DNA of 64,000 bases from a virus. Lineage: Duplodnaviria > Caudoviricetes. The stretch is from positions 86,157-150,156 of the IMG/VR virus record IMGVR_UViG_3300031813_000004. One strand, given 5' to 3'. Every line of letters starts with the position of its first letter. Position 1 is the first letter of the stretch. The notes below the pieces were generated by a model. That model was not told the DNA's origin, did not search any database, and was given only the letters and a program-made list of their open reading frames with translations. This document shows positions 57,063 through 64,000 of this stretch, piece by piece. The position numbers and the translations under genes were made by a program.

Positions 57063-57422
57063 TTAATCTCCATTCCATCCATTATGATGATCATGAATAA
57101 CAATTTCAATCTCATTTTTATTATTTTGAGACCATTCTATTAAATCTTGGTCTTCTTTCTTCTCTTTTAATCTATCATATTCACTTTTACTACCTGGGCA
57201 TAAAGGTTCATAATGATTTAATTCATCATAACCTTCTTCTAATGTGTCTCGGCATATCCAATAATGTTTTTCTATACTGGGTTCACCTGTATTTGAACAT
57301 CTATAAACTAGATCTGTCGTATACGCTCCTGACTGTTGAGGATATACTTTATTAATATCACTACATGCATAACTATTCTTATATAACAATATCATACTTA
57401 TAATTAAAATCATTCTTTTCAT
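57063..57422 (-). CDS. Secreted hypothetical protein
   Basis: Signal peptide ending SYA. Confidence 0.55.
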   Translation of the reverse strand: MKRMILIISMILLYKNSYACSDINKVYPQQSGAYTTDLVYRCSNTGEPSIEKHYWICRDTLEEGYDELNHYEPLCPGSKSEYDRLKEKKEDQDLIEWSQNNKNEIEIVIHDHHNGWNGD

Positions 57423-57605
57423 TATTCAATATCTCCTTTTTATTTATCTTTTTTAGTTAAAATAACTTCATATGAATATCCCAATTCAATTAAATTACCT
57501 TCTTTTATTTCTACATCATAACCATTTCTTTTTGCTAACCATGCATAAATATTAGCTGATATCTTAGTCATAAATGTTTTATTTTTCATAAATTATCCTT
57601 TAACT

Positions 57606-58100
57606 TTATGCTATATATGTATCATTCTTAGGCCAGTCTGCTCTTGATAACCAATTATTTTTGAATACTTCTAACTTAGGATTTCTCTCAATTAAGTTCA
57701 AATAATGTTGTGACTGCTCACTCTTTATTTTATCTAGTAATGTGGCTAACTCAATACCGTTTACTGCTGCCAAAGTTCCTTCTCCGAATACCCCATCGTC
57801 TGAAACTCCTGCTGCTCTCTGTACTATCTTATGAGTCGTTACGGTACCCATATTTACACCCATATCAAATGTCTTAGTTGCTATTAATGATTCAATTATT
57901 CTATCATAAATAGCTAACCAAAAATCTCTATGATATATTTCAATAGCTCCTTCTTTAGTTAAGTTTTTAATATCTACATTAGGATATGATCTTTTACAAA
58001 TACCATAATTAGTTTCACCACCTGGGTCATTAGGATTATTTACATAACCTCCTTCATGATTTAATATTACAGGTATTGCTTTATCAAAGTTAACAGACAT
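57606..58100 (-). CDS. Endolysin, glycoside hydrolase family 108
   Basis: HEGGYVNNPNDPGGETNYGI; FDMGVN.G; DG.FG..TL.A; F...WL.R. Confidence 0.92.
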   Translation of the reverse strand: MSVNFDKAIPVILNHEGGYVNNPNDPGGETNYGICKRSYPNVDIKNLTKEGAIEIYHRDFWLAIYDRIIESLIATKTFDMGVNMGTVTTHKIVQRAAGVSDDGVFGEGTLAAVNGIELATLLDKIKSEQSQHYLNLIERNPKLEVFKNNWLSRADWPKNDTYIA

Positions 58101-58130
58101 TTCTTAATTCTCCTTTATTGTTACTTTATT

Positions 58131-58140
58131 ATTTGTTCTT
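58131..58140 (-). promoter_or_regulatory. Putative late promoter motif AAGAACAAAT
   Basis: Immediately upstream of lysin RBS. Confidence 0.5.
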
Positions 58141-58145
58141 TTAAT

Positions 58146-61100
58146 TTATTTGATAACTCCAGTAATTATACCAGTAGATGTTCCATATAAAATTATGCCT
58201 AAAGATTGTGTTAATGATGCTCCACATGAAGCATTACTTCCACCATTAGTACTATTACAATTCCATGACCAAGGACCAGTTCCTGCAAAATTAGCTAAAG
58301 TTCCAACTGAACATAGATTAGAATTTCCACTTGTTAATGTAGTAAATGATTGACCATTAGCAGTTCCGCATGAACCTGGAGTTGTAACTACTGCTTGGTA
58401 AATTGAAGTACATGATGCATTATTACCTCCACTTATGCCTAAACAAGTCCAACTGTATAAATTACTAACTGGTCCTGTAACTGTAGGTAATGATCCATCT
58501 CCACATAAATTAGTTGTAGGAGTTGTCGATGTGGTTTGACCAGCAGCAGTACTACACGATGCATTAACTGGAGTTAAAGATACAGTTGTAGTTTGTGTTA
58601 TTGGAGAACTAATATTATTAGCTGCATCAATTGCCCAGCCATAGAAAGTATTGGAACCGCTCACTCCTGTTACGGTTGTTGGTGATGTAGCTAACCACTG
58701 ACCTGTACATCCTGAACTACTGCTGGTTGTGGTAGTACAATATCCAACAACTCCAGAACCTCCTGTATCTGTTGCACTAAAAGTCGTAATTGGTATACTA
58801 GTTGTAGCTGATGAAGATGGTAGTACAAAAGTAGTAACTGGTGGTGTAGTGTCCGTTGACAAGGTGGTTGTCAACGTTGCATACATTGATAAACCATAGG
58901 CCTCACTATTGGCTGAAGTATAAGTAAATGTAGTTGGTAGTGTAGCACTATAAGTAAAAGACATAAATTCCATTACACCCGCACCAGTTGATGGTGCCAT
59001 ACTTGCATTATTGGGCGTAAAAGCTAGCCAATAAGTACCTGCAGTCAAAACAGTTGGAGTTACATTTCCAGTTACCCAACCCGCAGTTGTGGCAGATACG
59101 GCCGCTGTACTAGTGGCAATCCAAGCTCCTGGATGCGCAGCCACAGAACCATTAACTGGCACATCATGATATATACCCAGATATATTGAACCTCCTACTG
59201 AAGCTACATTTAACGATATACTTTGTAAGGTACCTGCAGGTAATGTTACTTGAGTAGCAAGCATATATGGAACGTCTCCAGCTCCATCATTACTAGTACC
59301 TGCTGTTGTGTATCCTGCATTAACAGTTGTATTTGTAACTTTAGTTGAAGCTTCTACACCATTAGATATGTTACCAGCCACATCCTTAGCCCAGGCATAG
59401 ACTGTCTGATAACCGTTTCCACCGAGAGTAGTAGTGGTAGGTGCAGTTGAAGTCCAGGTACAACTGGAGTTGTTATTAGTGGTTGATACACAATAACTTG
59501 CTACGCCAGAACCACCTGCATCTGTAGCCGTTAGTGTTGAAATAGCAGCTGATGTTGTAGCTGATGTTGATGGTAGGGTAAATGATGTAATCACAGGTGG
59601 TGTGGCATCTAGGGTGGCAGAGCAAGCTGTAGCTGTAGTACTAGTTCCACTAGTACTGCTGCAACCCCATGTCCATCCAGTACTACTAGTATTAAGTACG
59701 AATGTACTAACTGTTCCTGGTGAACAAAGACCAGCACTTCCTGAAGTTAATGTACTAAAGTATTGAAGGTTTGCTGACCCACAAGCAGCATTAACGGTAG
59801 TAATTCCGTAAATACTGGTAGGCATTTGATTTCCAAGGTACTCCCAGATATAAGAAGTAAGTGTAACAGGTAAGCCATTCAATTGATTTGCAGTTGAAGA
59901 TGCAAAACCTCTATTTCCAGATACAGTTCCAGATACATGCACACCAGCCGGAATATATCCAGTCCCAGAAGGCCCAGATACCCAAGTATTAGTGGCTTCA
60001 GAATCTGCAAAACTGTAGCTCTGCATTTTAGATTTTATTAAATCCTCGTGTGGGAACGGCCACATAGGATATCCGTTGTCTGTATCATAATTTGCATCAC
60101 CCCACATGGTGCCAGACTTACCTCGCATAGTCACCACTGTTGCGCCCACGCTAGTGGTTGTTCCTAAAGATACTGATCCGCTAGCAGTTTGTGATACCGC
60201 AATACCTGCAGTTTGTAGAGCGCATCCTGGCTCAATCCTTGTTATGTATTTTAAACAATTCGCAGCAGCTCCAGTACTTGCTGTAGGATCAGCTGCAATG
60301 GTATTGGTTACAGTTGAGGAGTTGAAATTTATAGTGCCTGTATTGAATATATTATTATGATCCACATTCTCCCAACCATAAAATAGTGGACCTTGGTTTG
60401 GCAGGTTATAATCTGAAACACCGTATATTATAGAGTTAGTAGTTGACTGAGTATCAGCCCAACCATTAAAATAGGAAGTATACACTAAATTTAAAGGAGA
60501 GGATAATTCTCCTATAGTCATATGATCTAACTCAGTATTACCAGAAGCAGTAACCGTTCCCATTGGAGCATCATCTCCAACAGAACTATATCCAGGTATA
60601 GCCTTTACATCCCATGTTATGCTATTATCCATAATTGAAGGATCGCTGCCAGTACCCCCGACTTCATCTTGGGTTACAGTACTAGTAAGCGTACCATAAG
60701 TGTTCAACAATATTTCATTATGGCTAAAAACCTGAACACTGTTCGCTGGCCAGCTATTACCTCTTAACCCACCAATTGAGTCATTAAAGTCGCCAGCTAC
60801 ATATTGGTACCCATAATGCCCCCATTGATCTATGTCCAATACAATATTATTTGAACTTACTGCATAGGCATTACCATAGTTAACTATAGCACCAAAAGGA
60901 TCAGCATAGTTAGCTCGATCTAGTCTACATACATTTCTGCGAGTTACTACATTATCACTGAGATACTCAGTTATGCACTCTCGCCCATTACCATAAGCAT
61001 AGTTCCCTTCAGCCAAGACATAACCACTTTTATTAAAATTTAGAATTGCACCAGAATCATTAACTTCTTGATCATATGCTCCATTATCAATTAACTTAAT

Positions 61101-62072
61101 GTGGTCACAATGAGTAATAAAAACTACTGAACCATTAGAGGTACCATTAGTGGTATCACTATGACCATGAGCAAGCATAAACCCTTTGATCGCAATATAA
61201 TTGACTGTGGGGCCTAATGCATCCCCAGTATATCTAGATATATATGACCCATGCATATTAATTGGTTGAGGATAGATATCCTGTCCATCTAAAATAGCTC
61301 CTCCAGGCTGCTCAGACATTATAGTGGTGTACACCTGAGGAAAAGATACCTGAGTCCACACTACAGTTCCATCCGTTACAGTACCACCAATAGTAATTCC
61401 TGATATACTAGGGGCTGTAGCTGCGGTTGTACCTGCTGTAGTGCATTTCCAGGTAGTAGAATTGGTAGACCACGTTATATAGGAATTAAGTGCATAAGCA
61501 GTAGAAGATACTCTTTGTAGAGCTGTAGTAGGATTACCACTACCATTTGGTGGGCAAGTCCCCTGACCATTAGTGCACACCATCATATTCGAGGTACTAG
61601 TATAGGTACCAGATTGAACTATTATTGCATCACCAGAGGCAGCACTTCCATTTCCTTTACTTACGGTCTGATAAGGCAGTAAAACAGTACCAGTACCAGT
61701 TGTATCACTACCTGTAGTTCCATTTACATAAACAAATTTTCCCGAACCTACTTTAAGAACCCATGTTGTGTAAGAATTACCTGCAGTATTTGTGGCCTTA
61801 ACCCCTACATGGAAAGCCTCACTTGGTAATGTGCTTGGTATAATCCAAGTCATTGTTCCTGTATTTGGGTCTACAGTCATATCATCAGGACCAAATTCTT
61901 TAGTCCACGTAATACCTGTAGCACCATTTGTAACTGTAGGTGCAACTTGAATATAGGTTGTGCCCTGAGTAGTTATTGTGTTGCTGATTGTAGCTAATGA
62001 GGGTACTACTGCGGCTGCGGCTTGGTTAATGAAGATGATTAAAAATAGGAGTACAAATGTCCATGATCGCAT
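58146..62072 (-). CDS. Large signal-peptide-bearing adhesin/depolymerase-like protein (Ig-like, DUF1565/beta-helix, Cys-rich repeats)
   Basis: Signal peptide; GP..MTVD..TG..TW Ig module; YV....GSD...GT...PY.T; beta-helix-like region; VNA.CG.AN...LC..GT...W.W.C repeats. Confidence 0.7.
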   Translation of the reverse strand: MRSWTFVLLFLIIFINQAAAAVVPSLATISNTITTQGTTYIQVAPTVTNGATGITWTKEFGPDDMTVDPNTGTMTWIIPSTLPSEAFHVGVKATNTAGNSYTTWVLKVGSGKFVYVNGTTGSDTTGTGTVLLPYQTVSKGNGSAASGDAIIVQSGTYTSTSNMMVCTNGQGTCPPNGSGNPTTALQRVSSTAYALNSYITWSTNSTTWKCTTAGTTAATAPSISGITIGGTVTDGTVVWTQVSFPQVYTTIMSEQPGGAILDGQDIYPQPINMHGSYISRYTGDALGPTVNYIAIKGFMLAHGHSDTTNGTSNGSVVFITHCDHIKLIDNGAYDQEVNDSGAILNFNKSGYVLAEGNYAYGNGRECITEYLSDNVVTRRNVCRLDRANYADPFGAIVNYGNAYAVSSNNIVLDIDQWGHYGYQYVAGDFNDSIGGLRGNSWPANSVQVFSHNEILLNTYGTLTSTVTQDEVGGTGSDPSIMDNSITWDVKAIPGYSSVGDDAPMGTVTASGNTELDHMTIGELSSPLNLVYTSYFNGWADTQSTTNSIIYGVSDYNLPNQGPLFYGWENVDHNNIFNTGTINFNSSTVTNTIAADPTASTGAAANCLKYITRIEPGCALQTAGIAVSQTASGSVSLGTTTSVGATVVTMRGKSGTMWGDANYDTDNGYPMWPFPHEDLIKSKMQSYSFADSEATNTWVSGPSGTGYIPAGVHVSGTVSGNRGFASSTANQLNGLPVTLTSYIWEYLGNQMPTSIYGITTVNAACGSANLQYFSTLTSGSAGLCSPGTVSTFVLNTSSTGWTWGCSSTSGTSTTATACSATLDATPPVITSFTLPSTSATTSAAISTLTATDAGGSGVASYCVSTTNNNSSCTWTSTAPTTTTLGGNGYQTVYAWAKDVAGNISNGVEASTKVTNTTVNAGYTTAGTSNDGAGDVPYMLATQVTLPAGTLQSISLNVASVGGSIYLGIYHDVPVNGSVAAHPGAWIATSTAAVSATTAGWVTGNVTPTVLTAGTYWLAFTPNNASMAPSTGAGVMEFMSFTYSATLPTTFTYTSANSEAYGLSMYATLTTTLSTDTTPPVTTFVLPSSSATTSIPITTFSATDTGGSGVVGYCTTTTSSSSGCTGQWLATSPTTVTGVSGSNTFYGWAIDAANNISSPITQTTTVSLTPVNASCSTAAGQTTSTTPTTNLCGDGSLPTVTGPVSNLYSWTCLGISGGNNASCTSIYQAVVTTPGSCGTANGQSFTTLTSGNSNLCSVGTLANFAGTGPWSWNCNSTNGGSNASCGASLTQSLGIILYGTSTGIITGVIK

Positions 62073-62082
62073 AAGCTAACCT

Positions 62083-63228
62083 CTAGTTTAGTGTTAAATA
62101 CATAGAATATAAAGTAGTACCAGTACCTGATTCTGTAGGTACTGATGTAGGCATAGTAGAGGCAGGAAATCCTGAATCTATGGCCCACATCATAGTACCA
62201 CCAGTAGTGGTGCTAGCGATCCCTAGATTAAATGCATTATCTGTAAATATGACCCAATATGTTGTGTTTGCTGTTAGCACAGTAGATGTAACTGGCAATA
62301 CAGCCCAGCCGGTAAATACGTTTTCAGCAGTAATAGTGGTACCTACGACTAAAGTCCCTGGAACCCCAGCATTATCAGTATAGATACCTGCTAGGATATT
62401 GGATGCAGATACAGACGCATCTATATTAATTGCTATAGCAGATACAGTTTTGTTAACACCTCCAATTGTTACTTTATTACCTACAAAGGCAGTATCATTA
62501 CCATTATCAGCAGTAGCACCTACTGGAACTGCTCCAGTTGTTGTGTAGGAAGTTCCATTCATAGCGAGATACGTAGTACCACCTGCCGCTGCTCCAGTTC
62601 CGTTTAATGTGATGGTAGCAGTGGTAGCATTAGACGGAATATTAATTGTTGCAGTTTCAGCACCCACTATTGAAGGAGTCATTGTGGCACTTATGGTACA
62701 AGTATTGGCAGGAAAAACAGTCTGACCTGAGCAAGTATCTACGGTTTTTGTAAAGTCAGATGCGTTTGTTCCAGTTAACGTCAAAGTGCCTACTATAAGA
62801 TTGGTAGTACCACTATTTGTCACAGTAACACTTTGAGCAGCAGTCGTAGTCCCATCTGAGGTAGATGCATATGTTAATGTAGATGCACTTAATCCTACTG
62901 TTGGAGAACCACTAGCAACTCCAGTTCCAGTCAGTGTTGACGTAACCGTAGCTGCATTGGAGGGGACATTTAAAGTTGCATTTCTAGAACCTGTAGCAGA
63001 TGGGGCAAAAGTAACTATTGACGTACAAGTATTCCCAGAAGTAACTACAGTTCCATTAGTACAAGTACCACCGGATACACTAAAATCAGATGCATTAGTG
63101 CCAGTTACATTTGAGGTCCCTATGGTTAAATTGGCAGTGCCTGAGTTAGTCACAGTGAAAGTTTGAGCTGCGAGAGCAGGCATCGAGAGCAGCAAAAAAA
63201 GTAACCCGAAATATAAACTTTTCATCAT
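62083..63228 (-). CDS. Signal-peptide-bearing Ig-like (ASH / choice-of-anchor D) protein with C-terminal lectin-like module
   Basis: Two TVTNSGT.NL..GT...TGTNASDF....TC.....TC...TF.P...G.R.ATL domains. Confidence 0.7.
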   Translation of the reverse strand: MMKSLYFGLLFLLLSMPALAAQTFTVTNSGTANLTIGTSNVTGTNASDFSVSGGTCTNGTVVTSGNTCTSIVTFAPSATGSRNATLNVPSNAATVTSTLTGTGVASGSPTVGLSASTLTYASTSDGTTTAAQSVTVTNSGTTNLIVGTLTLTGTNASDFTKTVDTCSGQTVFPANTCTISATMTPSIVGAETATINIPSNATTATITLNGTGAAAGGTTYLAMNGTSYTTTGAVPVGATADNGNDTAFVGNKVTIGGVNKTVSAIAINIDASVSASNILAGIYTDNAGVPGTLVVGTTITAENVFTGWAVLPVTSTVLTANTTYWVIFTDNAFNLGIASTTTGGTMMWAIDSGFPASTMPTSVPTESGTGTTLYSMYLTLN

Positions 63229-63237
63229 GTTACCTCC

Positions 63238-64000
63238 TTATCTTAATGTTCCAGTTATTTTTCCTATTCCAGCATTAATCCTAGCCATAGGATTAATAAT
63301 TGATGCTTGATATGTAGAAGTGCAATTAGCATTAGACCCACCACCAGAACCTAAACAAGTCCAACTGTAAGTGGATCCATTGAGAGTTACTAATGGTGTA
63401 GAACCATCACCACAGAGGTTGACAGTAGGAATTGTTGATGTAGTTCCATTTGCAGCAATACCACACACTCCATTGATAGATGAGGTTGTTACTGTTATAG
63501 TCTGTAATACAGAAGAACTAATATTATTGGCTGCGTCAATGGTCCAACCATAGAAGGTATTACTACCACTTACACCTGTAACGGTTGTGGGTGCTGTACC
63601 TAACCATTGTCCTGCACACCCTAAACTATTATTAGTTGTAGTAGTACAATATCCAACTACTCCAGAACCTCCTATATCTGTAGCACTAAAAGTTGTAACA
63701 GGAATACTTGTTATAGTTGATGAAGATGGTAATACAAAAGTTGTAACTGGTGGTGTATTGTCTGGAGTTATTGAAACAGTTAAAGTTCCATACATTGAAT
63801 ACCCAGTTGTAAAGTTATTACCTGCAGTATAAGTGAAAGTTGTAGGAAAACCACTAGCATAGGTTTTAGACATGTATGTAGAAGTTCCACCACTAGTAAT
63901 TGTTGCATCAAGAGTATATCCATTATCATCAGTTAAGAAAGCTAACCAATACTTAGATCCTGAGGTTATAGTTAAAGATCCTCCAGATACTACTGTAAGT
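63238..64000 (-). CDS. Adhesin-like paralog of 58146..62072 (5' end outside window)
   Basis: Frame open from 63999 (LTVVSGG...YWLAFL...); near-identical TPPVTTFVLPSSS...DAANNISS module. Confidence 0.75.
   Translation of the reverse strand, partial: LTVVSGGSLTITSGSKYWLAFLTDDNGYTLDATITSGGTSTYMSKTYASGFPTTFTYTAGNNFTTGYSMYGTLTVSITPDNTPPVTTFVLPSSSTITSIPVTTFSATDIGGSGVVGYCTTTTNNSLGCAGQWLGTAPTTVTGVSGSNTFYGWTIDAANNISSSVLQTITVTTSSINGVCGIAANGTTSTIPTVNLCGDGSTPLVTLNGSTYSWTCLGSGGGSNANCTSTYQASIINPMARINAGIGKITGTLR

Noticed and set aside
1-64000. Genome-wide stop-codon reassignment
   Set aside because: Long genes are intact in the standard code, and TAA, TGA and TAG all end genes immediately before the next RBS/start
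1-64000. tRNA or rRNA genes
   Set aside because: No cloverleaf or T-loop signature seen in intergenic gaps by eye; tRNAscan-SE would be decisive

Overview
Very AT-rich segment of a large myovirus (jumbo/huge-phage-like) genome. The host is probably a Gram-negative bacterium (GH108 lysin, lipoproteins, sigma-70 region-4 HTH). Minus-strand late/structural blocks alternate with plus-strand early/accessory blocks. The minus-strand blocks carry tail tube, tail sheath, baseplate, tail fibre, putative head-packaged proteins, lysis genes and large signal-peptide-bearing adhesin-like proteins. The plus-strand blocks carry a CCA-adding enzyme, Pth2, RtcB, an RlaP-like nucleotidyltransferase, NAD-dependent ligase, HD/HNH/NucA enzymes and many small ORFs. 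Each divergent junction has the same two motifs: CTATATATATTAATTA on + and AAGAACAAA(A)T on -. Most striking observations: (1) a 20-gene tandem array, plus a 3-gene satellite, of highly divergent mini-proteins with fixed C-x2-C-x6-D[EK]L-x5-C spacing; (2) a dispersed ~35-bp intergenic element (AATCTATwCG-N5-CTATAGGG..ATAGAAT) that brackets gene cassettes as direct repeats next to an iteron-like tract; (3) seven paralogous late proteins with a hydrophobic helix plus 4-Cys C-terminal domain; (4) signal peptides on fibre/adhesin proteins; (5) several accessory genes broken by single in-frame TAA codons where Glu is expected. No tRNA, rRNA or CRISPR array was seen. All family assignments come from motif recognition by eye, not from database searches.
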